Part shown: positions 25,407 through 38,010 of the stretch, piece by piece
How positions within the stretch are numbered: position 1 is the stretch's first letter
How the letters are laid out: each line of letters starts with the position of its first letter
NCBI GenBank assembly: GCA_040954595.2
Contig: CM082591.2
Coordinates: 7,368,047-7,432,046 of the forward strand
Reading direction: 5' to 3'
Source of the DNA: Balanoglossus misakiensis
Taxonomy: Eukaryota; Animalia; Hemichordata
DNA: 64,000 nt
Position numbers and translations under genes: made by a program
The notes under the pieces: model-generated
Told to the model about the DNA's origin: nothing
What the model saw: only the letters and a program-made list of their open reading frames with translations
Databases searched by the model: none

Positions 25407-25595
25407 TTATTTTACGACTTCATCATGAGTTGGTACATTAAAGTCTCTCTGAAGTGAAGCTAGCATCTTGATGCTTTTACGAAGCTTGGCTCCTTCTTCT
25501 TTGGCTAACTGCTGGTGCAAGACATAAACGACGCCCTGGTGGCCAAGAGAAAACGGAAGACTGATAAACACAGCATCTTCAATTCCACGCATTCC
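25407..25595 (-). pseudogene. orphan L-lactate dehydrogenase-like terminal exon B
   Basis: TTTCAG|GMRGIEDAVFISLPFSLGHQGVVYVLHQQLAKEEGAKLRKSIKML...* resembles the LDH C-terminus (GLYGI..DVFLSVPC.LG..G); phase-0 acceptor. Confidence 0.65.
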
Positions 25596-26083
25596 CTGAA
25601 AAACAGAGAGTGTTTCTATAAGACCAGGAAGACATTTCATATTGTTCCCATGAATCGCCATGTCTACTTAACAAACTTTGCTTCTGTTGGTATGCCATGA
25701 CAATAAGATTGAAGAAAACGTTTTCTTAAATTCTCATATACGGGGCAAACTAAACAAAAAAATTCACTTACAATTTGATTTGTAATAACTGCCATTTCTA
25801 GTCTTTTCCAATTTTGAAAATTTTCGTTTTTTTTTTTAATTGAAAATACTGCATTACATTTAATCATAGCCATTGCTGGTGTTTTTAGCCTCCCTTTGGA
25901 AATAAACTCTTGAACTTTGACCTTTCTTTGTTTTATGTTTTGATTAAAAAGTAAGTGTGCAGAAAGTATGATTTGTGTTTGTCAGTATATGTGGTAGCAA
26001 TCACTTAGTACAATATCCATATGGTAAACAAAGGTGTATGTCTTACAAAACTCACACACTGACTGAAAAATTGTCCATAACTA

Positions 26084-26283
26084 CTGTAAAACGGGTTATT
26101 TTTGCGAGCAATAAATTTTCGCAAAACACGTGAGAGCCAAAAAAACATGAAAATAAAAAATCGCATAAAAATGTTTTCGGAGATAACGATGCAGTTAGTG
26201 AAATACGAAAACACGAAAATTAATTCTCGCGTAACAGTTGCTTCTTTTGATATCTCCTGTCGCGAAAATAACCCGTTTTACAG
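26084..26283. mobile_element. Tc1/mariner-type MITE
   Basis: TA|CTGTAAAACGGGTTATTTT ... AAAATAACCCGTTTTACAG|TA. Confidence 0.8.
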
Positions 26284-26467
26284 TATAATGAACGGAAGAG
26301 ACTAAAACTCTACCTTGTCAACACTCCTCTGCAGTCTACTCTTTTTAAAAATCCAGCAAAAGGACAGCTTTCGCGAAGCACATTACAGCCACTAGCAAGC
26401 ATACAAGATTTAATTGCTATTTTTATGTGCAGCTTGTGTTACTAGCATAAGACAATATCCACTGCAA

Positions 26468-26674
26468 TCACAGATGCATGTACAGAAATGTGCACGAATG
26501 ATAGTAACTACCATACTTCGAATCGCACTGGGGTTTATGCATGGACGTTGCACTGGTCTGGATCTTGACTATTTCCTTGTCATCGAGAACCTGCTGCAGA
26601 TTGTACTCTATACCTTTGCTACTCATAACGCATGGCACACTGAGAAAGACCTCGTCATTGATGCCATGCACGTT
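26468..26674 (-). pseudogene. orphan L-lactate dehydrogenase-like terminal exon A
   Basis: AATCAG|NVHGINDEVFLSVPCVMSSKGIEYNLQQVLDDKEIVKIQTSATSM closely follows the LDH last-exon pattern; phase 0. Confidence 0.75.
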
Positions 26675-26827
26675 CTGATTGTTACGATGATGCGGAGAGA
26701 ATGAAAGAATGAGAGAATGAAAGAATGGGAATGAAAGTATGAGAGGATGAAAGGACAGAGAAGGGGTGATGTTAAGCTTGATGTACAGAAGCAGGTGCCT
26801 ATTATGATAAAGATCATATAGTTCTAT

Positions 26828-27590
26828 GAATGAATGAATGAATGAATGAATTTATTTCACCAGAGATATGTCAATATATATATAATACACTGAATGTAAA
26901 AGGAAGATGTTACATATTTCCAGTGTGGACCATGGAAATAGTTTCGCGGAAACTAGTCTAGTCCATGGCCCATATTTCTGAGTTAATTAATTATAAAGAT
27001 GTCAAACAGTTGTACAGCACATGTAAATAAATGATCTGTTCAATAAATAAATAAATAAAATAAATAAATAAATAAATAAATAAATACAGGTGAGTTGAAG
27101 GCAACTAATTTGTTGCGAAGGAGTACATTATAATGGGTTGACTATATTGAAAGCAAAAGAAGTTGTCACTGAAGTTGTAGCAGATGTTTTTTGAGCTCTT
27201 TTTTAAATCTGTTTCTGCAGTGTGTATTTTTTAAAGTGAGTGGAATGGAACTACCTAGCTTTGAAGTTTTAAGAATTCCTATCGAGTTCCATGTAATTTG
27301 GCACACTTTTTATACGGAAATCCCAAAATCTTTAGGATATGTGAAGGACTCGTCCCTGCAGGCTAATAGCCATAGTCTACAAATTAGAGTCATCTGTTCT
27401 CCAATAGTGCTACATCAACGGAAACCCTTGTAAAAATGACTGGGGAAAATCAGCAACATTCACCAGGGTACCTTCATTACCAATATGTTGTTGATTCTGG
27501 AAAATTTGCCGGTGGATTGGCCAAAATTTTGGATGAAACCATGCACTCAAATGCACTGACATGATCAACCAATGAACATACAACCTAAAC
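26828..27590 (-). mobile_element. degenerate LINE 3' fragment
   Basis: On the minus strand, AATAAA is followed by a (TTCA)n tail; upstream sequence looks like decayed ORF2 end. Confidence 0.4.
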
Positions 27591-27968
27591 GTTAAGGAAT
27601 AAACAACAGACAATAAGGCCAAAAAAAAAAAGAGTTTTGTTTAGCGTCCTCGCGCGCGTCACTTTTAAACATGCGCGTCGAGGCTTTTTTTTCGTAATTT
27701 TCGAACCCGGAAATCAACTCAGTGTTTTCTCCAGCACGCGCGATCGCGCGATTCCTCCTCTTTTACACTTGAAGCGCCCCTTGTAACTGTTATATTCTTA
27801 AGTACATTGATTCCAGCATAGCGCCATCAGTGGTGAACTTTATTCAAGCATTGTATTACCCATCAACCCTTGTTCATCATGGCTGCTCTCTAGTGAATAA
27901 ACGTCAGTGTTATAGCCTACACAATCAAAGTCATCCAGTCATCTTTTAACCAGTGACATTGCTTTACA

Positions 27969-27981
27969 TGGTGGCAGCGGT
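27969..27981 (+). promoter_or_regulatory. primer binding site complementary to the tRNA-Leu 3' end
   Basis: TGGTGGCAGCGGT directly after the 5' LTR is the complement of ...ACCGCUGCCACCA of tRNA-Leu(AAG/UAG). Confidence 0.8.
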
Positions 27982-28062
27982 AAACTACGATACTGCGACT
28001 CCAGATACCCATACAAAAAAACACATAGACCGAAACAACCGGACATTTTTCAAGTCACAAAT

Positions 28063-31000
28063 ATGGCGTCATTACAAGCCCAACTACCACCGCCACAGAT
28101 GGACTGGGACGCCCCGGATATAACCATCGCCTTTTCGAGATTCAAACAAAAATGCGAACTTACATTCAAAAGTGCACTGAAAGAGGCTGCTGATGAAGAA
28201 AAGGTGAGCTACCTGTTACTATGGTCTGGTGAAAAGGGATTAGATATGTACAACAGTTGGACTTTTGATGATGAAGATGATAAAAAGAAACCTGACAAAA
28301 TATTCGAAAAGTTTGCCACACATCTAGAGCCAAAATCCAACCACCGTATTCACCGATACAACTTTCAAGATCTGAAACAAAACCATGATGAGCCAATAGA
28401 CAACTTCATCTCAAGAATGAAGAACCTCGCAGCAAAATGCAAATTCGGTAACGAAAAAGAAAAAAGGTTAGTGGATCAACTGATTTGGGGCTCCTGTCAT
28501 CACGAGGTGCAGAAACTACTAATCGGCCGTGACGAAACACTCACGCTGAAGGACGCAATAGATGTTGCCCGCAGTCATGAAGCCACTAGCAAACAAATGA
28601 AAACATTGAATAATAAACCAGAAAACCCAGTCAGCAACACAGTCGACGCCATAAAGAAACAACCCACTGATACCAAACCCACACAGCTGAAACAATGCAC
28701 CAATTGTGGGAAGAAACATGATGCACTACCCAGACACAAATGCCCAGCATATGGTAGTCGATGTCACAGATGCGGAAAACAAAACCACTGGCAGTCAGTA
28801 TGTCGATCAGACACGAACCAATATAGCCGCAGGCAAACCAATCCAACCAGGAGACAAATACATGACATAAGTCAATATACCGATGATATTGAACAAGAAA
28901 CTCTAACAATCGGCACAGTCCTGACAGATAATGACAACAAAGAAGAAATTTTCACCTTGTTGCGCATCGATCGGCCTAATATGAAACAGAAAATAGATCT
29001 AAAATGCAAAATCGACACAGGAGCACAAAGCAACATACTCCCAATCCGACTATACCGAATGATCTACCCAGACAAACTGGACAGTACTGGCAACCCAAAA
29101 GCAGGAGAACTACAGGATTCCAGGGTAATCCTAACAGCGTATGGTGGATCGAAGATCAAGCAACTAGGAACAGTAACAATTCCTTGCCAACACAGAGGAA
29201 GGAAATTCAACTGCATTTTCTACGTAACTGATGAGCCTGGTCCAGCCATACTCGGTTTGAAAGCATGCCAAGCACTGAGCCTGATATCACTACACTACAC
29301 GGTCACAAGAGAACAACCAGAGCCTGCCAGTCAGCACCAACAACCCAAACATATGACAAATCCAGTCAATCAGCAAAAGGAAGAACGTCCCAACTACATC
29401 AAAAGCACAACACCGTTGAAAGACCGACCACCAATACAAAACAAAGAACATTTAATGGAAATGTATCCTGACTGCTTTGATGACATTGTTGGATGTTTCA
29501 CAGACTATACATACAATATCACGCTAGACCCAGAGATAACACCAGTAATACATGCAGCTCGTCGAGTACCTCTAGAATTAAGAGATAGACTTAAAGTAGA
29601 GCTCAAAGAAATGGAAGAAAAAGAAATAATCACCAAAGTGACCCAACCAACAGACTGGGTTAACTCACTAGTGATCCGAGAAAAGGACAATGGCAGACTG
29701 CGATTGTGCCTAGACCCAAAAGACCTGAACAGGGCTATCAAGAGGGAACACCACCCAACACCGACCTTAGAGGAGATTACTCCTAAGCTATCTGGTGCAA
29801 AACTATTCAGCAAACTCGATGCCAAAAACGGGTACTGGAACGTCAAGTTGAACGAACAGTCATCACTGCTCACCACTTTCAACACCCCATTCGGTCGCTA
29901 CCGGTTCCTGCGCATGCCATTCGGCCTCAAAATGAGCCAGGACATATTCCAGTACAAGATAGATGAAGCATATCGTGACTGCAGCGGAGCCATCGGAATA
30001 ACAGATGATGTCCAAGTATACGGTTATGATGAAGAGAACCATGACCTTCACCTCCATGAAGCCATGGAGAAAACAAGACAGGCAGGAATCAAGCTGAACA
30101 AAGACAAATGCAAAATAAAAGTCACCGAGTGCAGTTTCTTTGGAAACCTGTACACAGATAAAGGAGTCAAGCCGAATCCAGAGAAAGTTCAAGCCATTGA
30201 GATGATGCGACCACCGAGTGATAAGAAAGAGCTTCGAACCTTTCTTGGGCTAGTAAACTACATGGGTCCATACATCCCCAAACTGGCAGAACACACTGCT
30301 CCGTTGAGGGAGCTCCTCCATGATGATGTAAAGTTCAGGTGGACTGAATCACACACCATGCGATTCAACGCAATCAAATGCCTAATCAGTGCAGACACAA
30401 CACTGAAATACTATGACCAGAAGAAGCCAGTAACCTTAGAAGTTGACTCATCTGGCATAGGAATAGGAACCGTACTGATACAGGACAACCGTCCAATTGC
30501 CTTCGCATCAAAGGCCCTGACACCTGCCGAAAGCAGATATGCAAACATTGAACGAGAGCTATTAGCAGTAGTATATGGCTGTGAGAAATTCCACACATAC
30601 CTGTATGCCCGAAAATTCCAGGTTGTGAGTGACCACCGTCCACTAGAACAAATACACAAGAAAAACCTGACCCAAGCACCACCACGTCTACAGCGTATGT
30701 TACTTCGCTTACAGCCATATGACTTTGACATAGTATACAGGCCGGGCAGACAAATGGTAATAGCTGATGCACTATCACGATTATCACCACATGACAAGAA
30801 AGAAATACCAGAAATGGAGGTAAAGATCCACCACCTGACAAACGTCACCCCAGTCAAACTGACACAAATCAGAGAAGAGACCGCAAAAGATGCCAAGCTC
30901 CAAATACTGACACAGCAAATACTGCATGGTTGGCCTGATAGTATAAAGAAAATACAACTAGCCATACGTGAATACTGGACAATTCGCGATGACATATCAG

Positions 31001-32103
31001 TGGAGAACGGCATACTTCTAGTGGGCAGTCGGCTACTAATCCCCACAAGCATGAGACAGGACATACTGCACCAAATCCACCAAGGGCACTTAGGAATGGA
31101 AAAGTGCAAACTTCGGGCCAAATCATGCGTATATTGGCCAGGGATCTACAAAGACATAGAACAAGCAGTCGCAACGTGTGATGCATGCCAGAGATTCCAG
31201 AACTCGCAACAAAAAGAGCCCATGATCCCCACAGAAATCCCTCCAAGACCATGGCACACTGTAGGAGCTGATCTGTTCTACACAAATGACACGTGGCACC
31301 TCATCATCGCAGACTACTACTCGAAATTCCCGTTCATAAGAAAACTGGAAAACTTGCGAGCGAGCACAATACTGAGAGTTAGCAAAATCCTATTCTCAGA
31401 ACAGGGCATTCCAGAAGTCCTCATCTGTGACAACGGCTCACAATTCACTGCCAGAGAATACCGGGCTTTCGCTGAACAATACGGTTTCAAAATCAAAACC
31501 TCATCGCCATATTACCCAAAAGGCCATGGTTTCATAGAACGCCACATCCAGACGGTTGAGAAGATACTCAACAAATGCAAGGGAACTGGAGAAGACCCCA
31601 ACATAGCAATGCTGTCGCTACGGGCAACGCCACTCAGTACTAACATAGCGTCACCAGCTGAATTACTAAACGGCAGGAGATACAAAACCACACTTCCAAC
31701 GAAGATAACACCACCGATGAACCGCGAAGAAATCCATCAACACCTTAAATCAAACCAAGATACACAAATTCATCACTACAATCAACATGCCAGAGCATTA
31801 CCGGAGCTGTATGAAGGTCAAAAGGTCAACGTCCAGAGTCCCATCAAAAAGACATGGACCCCTGCCAAGATTATAAGCACAGCCAGTACACCTCGCTCCT
31901 ACATAGTCGAAACAGAAGGAGGAAGCCAGCTGAGAAGGAACAGAATACACCTGAGACCTCAGCCGGAAACCACTCAGCAAGCAAGTCCTGGCCACCAAGA
32001 AGACACGGCAGATAAGGAACCTGAAGAACCTGTCCTACAAACCCCCAGACCTAGAAGGAAAATACAGATGCCTTCAAAATACAATGACTTTGTAACTGAC
32101 TAG
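28063..32103 (+). CDS. Gag-Pol polyprotein (gag, two zinc knuckles, protease, RT, RNase H, integrase)
   Basis: Uninterrupted 1346 aa: CTNCGKKH..C and CHRCGKQNHWQSVC, IDTGAQ, LDAKNGYW, ITDD, VDSS..ERELLA..DHRPL, HQGH..CDAC, DNGSQF. Confidence 0.96.
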   Translation: MASLQAQLPPPQMDWDAPDITIAFSRFKQKCELTFKSALKEAADEEKVSYLLLWSGEKGLDMYNSWTFDDEDDKKKPDKIFEKFATHLEPKSNHRIHRYNFQDLKQNHDEPIDNFISRMKNLAAKCKFGNEKEKRLVDQLIWGSCHHEVQKLLIGRDETLTLKDAIDVARSHEATSKQMKTLNNKPENPVSNTVDAIKKQPTDTKPTQLKQCTNCGKKHDALPRHKCPAYGSRCHRCGKQNHWQSVCRSDTNQYSRRQTNPTRRQIHDISQYTDDIEQETLTIGTVLTDNDNKEEIFTLLRIDRPNMKQKIDLKCKIDTGAQSNILPIRLYRMIYPDKLDSTGNPKAGELQDSRVILTAYGGSKIKQLGTVTIPCQHRGRKFNCIFYVTDEPGPAILGLKACQALSLISLHYTVTREQPEPASQHQQPKHMTNPVNQQKEERPNYIKSTTPLKDRPPIQNKEHLMEMYPDCFDDIVGCFTDYTYNITLDPEITPVIHAARRVPLELRDRLKVELKEMEEKEIITKVTQPTDWVNSLVIREKDNGRLRLCLDPKDLNRAIKREHHPTPTLEEITPKLSGAKLFSKLDAKNGYWNVKLNEQSSLLTTFNTPFGRYRFLRMPFGLKMSQDIFQYKIDEAYRDCSGAIGITDDVQVYGYDEENHDLHLHEAMEKTRQAGIKLNKDKCKIKVTECSFFGNLYTDKGVKPNPEKVQAIEMMRPPSDKKELRTFLGLVNYMGPYIPKLAEHTAPLRELLHDDVKFRWTESHTMRFNAIKCLISADTTLKYYDQKKPVTLEVDSSGIGIGTVLIQDNRPIAFASKALTPAESRYANIERELLAVVYGCEKFHTYLYARKFQVVSDHRPLEQIHKKNLTQAPPRLQRMLLRLQPYDFDIVYRPGRQMVIADALSRLSPHDKKEIPEMEVKIHHLTNVTPVKLTQIREETAKDAKLQILTQQILHGWPDSIKKIQLAIREYWTIRDDISVENGILLVGSRLLIPTSMRQDILHQIHQGHLGMEKCKLRAKSCVYWPGIYKDIEQAVATCDACQRFQNSQQKEPMIPTEIPPRPWHTVGADLFYTNDTWHLIIADYYSKFPFIRKLENLRASTILRVSKILFSEQGIPEVLICDNGSQFTAREYRAFAEQYGFKIKTSSPYYPKGHGFIERHIQTVEKILNKCKGTGEDPNIAMLSLRATPLSTNIASPAELLNGRRYKTTLPTKITPPMNREEIHQHLKSNQDTQIHHYNQHARALPELYEGQKVNVQSPIKKTWTPAKIISTASTPRSYIVETEGGSQLRRNRIHLRPQPETTQQASPGHQEDTADKEPEEPVLQTPRPRRKIQMPSKYNDFVTD

Positions 32104-34449
32104 TAAATTACCAATAGACTATGCTCGGCAATACAAAAAAAAAAAAAAAAAAAAAAAAGGAGAGAGAGAGAGAGAAATTTGTTGCAACAGTGACTTTTGC
32201 ATTTTCTCGAGTTTTGCAGTTTAACAGAGTTCAGTTTGTAGAGTTCAAATATCCTCTTTTGTCTAGTTATCAGTGAGGTTGAAACAGTTTTGAGACATTC
32301 CCGTCAACTTCTTAACAGGACTTTTCATTGACGGCTTCGAACAATCAGACTCTTAAAACAGATAGTGTTGCATGCAGATCTCACTCGAACATTTCATGAA
32401 CACTTATCACCAGTTAATTGTTGCTTGATATTCAACTTTAAACAAGAAGGGATGTTATATTCTTAAGTACATTGATTCCAGCATAGCGCCATCAGTGGTG
32501 AACTTTATTCAAGCATTGTATTACCCATCAACCCTTGTTCATCATGGCTGCTCTCTAGTGAATAAACGTCAGTGTTATAGCCTACACAATCAAAGTCATC
32601 CAGTCATCTTTTAACCAGTGACATTGCTTTACAGTAACAAGTTCAAGGGCTGACAATCGCCCCTTCGTGAACAGCCCAACCGGCCAGTACATGCGCGTCC
32701 AAGCCTCGTAGCATGTACCGTCAGTCAAAACACTGGGAAAACGGCCGATATTACTGCGTGCTGGCCTAGCTATTCATTTTAACTTCCCACCCCCCGAAAC
32801 TATGTTGTAGATGACTTTCACATTCAATTACATGTTATTTAGCTCCAGGGCTATAGTGTGCAATTGTTGGAACAGAATATCTGGACACCGTCTAAATTTA
32901 GAGCACACACTCTGCACTCAAAGTGAACTTGTTGTTATGGCGACTTTTGAAATTGGGTTGGCAGAACGTAACAATTTTATGCAAATTAAAGAAACTGCGT
33001 TCCTGCCATGGCGATTATCAAGAATGTATCAGTTTTCCATGACCTTGTTTTCTTACTTCGGAAGGAAAGTCATTCAATATGTACAGAGACTGTTTATTTG
33101 AGTAGTGTGCCTAGCCACAGATGGGGAAGTGTAGGCAGAAATCTGAAGAAATATATACCACTTCAATTTATTTAACTATTAATGGTTTCACAATCTAATA
33201 TTTTGGCAGCTAAACTGAAACTTTTAAAATCAAACAAAAAATGTTTTTCTCAGGTATAGTATTAAAGAAAGACACTATTGTTTTTGCAGTTGCATTTATT
33301 TTATTCATTTCACTCTACTTGCCAGGGGAGCAGTTAATCAGTCACTCTCCTACCACTTGTGTAATTAATTTCAGGAGAGTTATTTTCAGCTCTCCAGCAT
33401 TTTTTAAATTACATGCAAAATCTACTAATTTAAAGTAAAAAAAACTGTAACTGTTAATATGTTGTCAAGTTCACATGTAAAATGTTGTAATTTACTTATG
33501 CTGTTTTTAATATGGAATGAAGGTAGTTAGTAAGTTAACGTTCAAAATTGTCATTCCTTGATGTTTACCTAATTAACATAAATTATGCAAATCATGATTC
33601 CCCCCTACTTTGACCAAATCCCCCCTTAATTTTGGACTATTAAAGAAATATTTGCTGTTCTTGTTTCGCAACAAAACAAAAAAAAAACAAAAAAAAAAAA
33701 AAGAAGCCGCATCACCGCATCAATTTTGAGATTTTGCTTGGACGCTAAACAAAACTCTTTTTTTTTTTGGCCTAATAGTAGGTAGATAGTGTAGTTTTAT
33801 TGATATACAAACACTAGTATGAAAATGCACAACTTTACACTGTTACACACAAGAAAATTGTCATTTCATACAATTTTGGGGAATATTTCATTGTATTGGC
33901 CCTTTTGAATATTAAGATAACGTTTTATTGAGTCTCTTTATAAATGTACTACAACAAATAATGTCTTATCTAGAAGTCTTAAAGGCTCTGTTAAAATGCA
34001 TGATTGTTTGAGGAATTAAAGAATTTGAATAACGATTGGTTAGAGTAGTTGGCAATCTCAATCTGCTTGCTTCTGTCAATATGTACATTATCAAACTCTT
34101 GTCAAAGTCACCGTGAATTATTTGTCTGTTTGAATACAGACCATCGTTTCTGCCTTCTTGATCTTTTTATTTAATTTCCCTTTTTCCACGTTATGGAAAG
34201 TTCCCACCTCACTAAACAAAAGAGTGATTGAAAACACTAATTATCATAGTTCCGTAAAAGTCGAGAGTATATCATTACTGACATCACAGCGACGAATTTT
34301 GTTTGATATGACAAACTGTTCCTGTTTTGACTACTTGAAAGTGAAACATTATGAAAAACTGGTGAACTGTACTCAATCTCTACTATGCTTGTAATGTAGA
34401 CAGACAAGATGCATTGAAACATTCAGTAAAACAATCTATGGTCCCTACC

Positions 34450-34802
34450 CAATCTCATTAAAATCAGGCGTAGGGTACTGCAACATCTTTTACTTATGTG
34501 GTGCGGTATTCTTATACTGTCGCCTCACACTACATCTGACCAACTCCCACAGAAGCTCCTGTTCAACCTCCCCTGGCTGCTAGGCCAATCAGATTGCAAG
34601 TTACATCAATGTACACTTAAGGATGCCTATCGTTCCCTATAAGGCGCCTTCTGATTGATTTACTGGCCCAGTAAAGCCAGAGATTTTGAAAACGAGCTTC
34701 TGTGGGCGTTGGTCAGATGTAGTGTGAGGCGACAGCATAAGAAAACCGTACAGCATAAGTAAAAGACGTCACCAGACCCTACATCTGATTTTAATCAGAT
34801 TG
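34450..34802. mobile_element. palindromic MITE
   Basis: ~115-bp imperfect TIRs (CAATCTCATTAAAATCAG ... CTGATTTTAATCAGATTG); degenerate ~9-bp TSD. Confidence 0.65.
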
Positions 34803-35219
34803 TTCTCTACCCATATTCAATGATTTCAAATTGTAATTATTTAATTCTTGACAAATCAAAGGAATAATTACGGTAACCGACATTATAGACCATCTTTTAC
34901 TGCTGTTCAACTTCAGGTCTTCATATCGTCAATCCACAATCCATGCATACCGAATGTTAAGGGAAACGTCGTTTCTGCACGTGCAATTTCTTTAAATGTT
35001 TTAGCGTCCAAAATGAGTAAATACGAGGGCAGGCTTTTGTAAAGACTCATCATGTTTGCCAAAACTACACCTGGAAAAGGGAAAGAAAAAAAGATGGATT
35101 CTGTTATTTTATGGTTCCGCAAAAAGGAGGAAATTTTAAGACACATGGAAAGGTTATGCAAGAAAGACAAAAGTCATAACTTGTAACCACAGTATTTTTG
35201 ATCCCCATACTTCCCTTAA

Positions 35220-35304
35220 CCCTTTCATCCCCAATTCCCTCTATAGAGGTCCAACTTTATCATAGAAAACAATGGGTTTGGACTGAACCATGGTGGTGAA
35301 AGGG
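35220..35304 (-). mobile_element. 85-bp piggyBac-type MITE, copy 2
   Basis: TTAA|CCCTTT ... AAAGGG|TTAA; reverse copy of 2118-2202. Confidence 0.8.
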
Positions 35305-35649
35305 TTAAACCCATGCTTTCAAAAGAGTGGACAGACCTACAATGCAATGAGGTGCAATTATTGCTATAAATCAGGGGTTGTTGAACAAATTTCATGAAAC
35401 TTGCTGGAAATAGTGGACCTTTAAAGGGGGAACTGGGGGGTTATAGGGTAAAGGTCAAGGTTGCAAAAAATATATTTAACATTAATTACCTTCATCTTCA
35501 TCAGCTGCATCTGGGTTAGGAGCAAAAACTGCTTCGCTTGGATGATAGTTTCTATCCTTCCATTCTTTGTGTGTTTTCGTCAACAGATCAATCTTGATTA
35601 ACTGCAGAAAGTGGAATAAAAATAATCAGTGGAAGAACATGGGGCTTAA

Positions 35650-35734
35650 CCCTTCCGCCATCATGGTTCAGTCCAAATCCATTGTTTTCTATGGTAAGGT
35701 TCGATCTCTAAAGAGGAAAATGGGGGTGAAAGTG
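35650..35734 (+). mobile_element. 85-bp piggyBac-type MITE, copy 3
   Basis: TTAA flanks, same internal sequence. Confidence 0.75.
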
Positions 35735-36082
35735 TTAAAGGCCACTGGTCAGGAGTCCTTTGGACAAATATGTACAACAATCTTAAATTTGTTTGCAAAT
35801 AAGTAGAAGGCTACTGCAGAATGTTCAACATGTTTGTTTCAGTGGCTAAAGGCACTTGCACTATTTACATGAAACAAAAAGCGAGACTTAAAATGTCATC
35901 ATGCACTAGTACAAACAAAGGTCCTTGAAAACATTACACAGAGCTGCCTAGAAAAAATGATTATCCCAATTATACTGTAGGTCGCAATTCTGCAATAACA
36001 TTATCAGTACTAAATTTCCTGCTGATCACAAGTCTCAAATTCCATTCTAACAACCATCAATGCACTCACCGAATCAGCTGTA

Positions 36083-38010
36083 TAATAATAATAATAATAA
36101 TAATTTATTTGTATAGCGTCAGTATCCACAAAAAAATGTGATCAATGACGCTTAAAGCAAAAGTACAATACAACAAATGGCTAAAAAACAGATTTAAAAA
36201 GTAAAGTTTTAACATTTGATTTAAAAACAGATAAGTCTGGTGCCTGGCGAATGGTGAGTGGAAGATTATTCCAAAGAATTGGAGCAGCAACAGTAAAAGC
36301 GCGATCACCATAACTCTTGGTGCGTGATCGAACAGGGCAGAGTTTGAACTGATCAGCTGACCTTAAATTGCGACATGGAACATATAGATTAGTCATGCTA
36401 GAAAGATAGATTGGACCAAGTTTATGAATGGATTTAAAAATGAGAACTAACATCTTAAAAACAATACGCTCTGTAACAGGTAGCCAGTGCAACTGATACA
36501 AAATTGGAGTGATGTGACAGGTGATTTTAGAACGAGTTACAATTCTAGCAGCAATATTCTGAACGCGTTGGATACGGTTGATTGAATACTTCGGGAGCCC
36601 AAATAAAAGTGAATTACATGAATCAATTCGAGACGTAATGAATGCATGAACTAATTGCTCTGTAGCTGAATGAGATAAATATTTGCGGATAAGCGCAATG
36701 CGACGTAAATGAAAAGTGGCAGAGCGGCAGATCTGTCCAATATGTGGCTTCATTGTCAGACAAGAGTCAAGGATCACTCCAAGGCTCTTAGCCTGACAAT
36801 GGACGGGAATCAGAGAATCGCCAACACGAATTTCTGAAATCCCTCTAGCAGACAGATCACCCAAAATACCAGAGAAAATAACAAATTCAGTCTTATCATC
36901 GTTTAAGCACAAGAAGTTTTCAGACATCCAAAACCTAACATCAGAAATACAAAGTTCAAGATTTGAAACAGTTCTTGCTGCGTTGTCTTTACTAAAAGAC
37001 ATATAAAGTGAAGAGTCATCTGCATAAAAACTATAAAGACAACCATGACTTTGAACTAATTCACCTAATGGAGACGTGTACATATTGAAAAGTATGGGAC
37101 CAAGAACTGATCCCTGTGGTACCCCAGTGTCGAGCGGATAAAAAGGTGATTGGGTGGAATTTACAAGTACACACTGACTACGATTGGAAAGGTATGACTT
37201 AAACCACATGAGAACAGTATCTGAGAGACCGAAGCGGTCTCTTAAGCGATTGAGTAAAATGGTATGGTTCACAGTGTCAAATGCTGCGGAAAGATCGAGT
37301 AATACCAAGAAAACATCTCTTTTTTCATCAAGAGCAAGCAAAATGTCATTTGTTACTTTGAGGAGAGCAGTCTCAGTACTGTGTCCTGGCTTGTAAGCAG
37401 ATTGCAAAGGCTCGTCCAATGAATGGTTGACAATGTGAGAAGTCAGTCTCTTGGCAACAATACGTTCCAGGATCTTCGACAAAAACGGCAGGTTGGATAC
37501 AGGACGGAAATTTTTGAGAACTTCATGATCAAGAGATGGCTTTTTAAGTAGAGGTTTAACGATGGCTTCCTTGAAATGAGGAGGTACAGCACCATACTGC
37601 AGAGAGTTATTGAAGATTTCTGTGATATGTGGTAACAAAACTTGTAAAATGTCAGAATGTTTGAAGATCTTGGTAGGAATCGGATCAAGGCGACAAGTAG
37701 ATGAAGGCGATGCACGAATAACCTTGTCAATTTCATCAGCTGTTGTAGGCTCAAAGGCATTAAGGCGACAATCGGATTTCAATTCAGTTTGTGGTTGTGA
37801 ATGATGTCGAATGGAATTGCCCATATTTATAGTTAGTGATTTTACGCGATTAATGAAGAATTTTGCAAAACGATTTGCTAATTCCAGAGAATCATCATGT
37901 TTTGGTAGTACAGTGGATGTGTTATTGTGACCAAGCAGTCCCTTTACGACCTTGAATAAATGTTTTTGGTTACCTGAGCACTCGTCAACAAGGCCGACAT
38001 AATGGTTCAC
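36083..38010 (-). mobile_element. 5'-truncated LINE (L2/CR1 group); RT ORF 36181-38010
   Basis: Open 609-codon frame with NFRPVSNLPFLSKILE, LLDLSAAFDTV, GVPQGSVLGP, YADD, LHWLP; AATAAA plus (TTA)n tail; endonuclease missing. Confidence 0.93.

Larger units (their letters stand above)
27788..32633 (+). mobile_element. full-length Gypsy (Mag-like) LTR retrotransposon
   Basis: Identical 181-bp LTRs (27788-27968, 32453-32633, TG...CA), 5-bp TSD GTAAC, PBS TGGTGGCAGCGGT, PPT AAGAAGGGA. Confidence 0.97.
27617..33772. mobile_element. PIF/Harbinger-type non-autonomous element hosting the Gypsy insertion
   Basis: TIR GGCCAAAAAAAAAAAAGAGTTTTGTTTAGCGTCC / GGACGCTAAACAAAACTCTTTTTTTTTTTGGCC; TAA TSD; empty site visible at ~61210. 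Confidence 0.85.

Noticed and set aside
30386-31285. Long minus-strand ORFs inside the Gypsy element
   Set aside because: Antisense shadows of the pol frame with no motifs.
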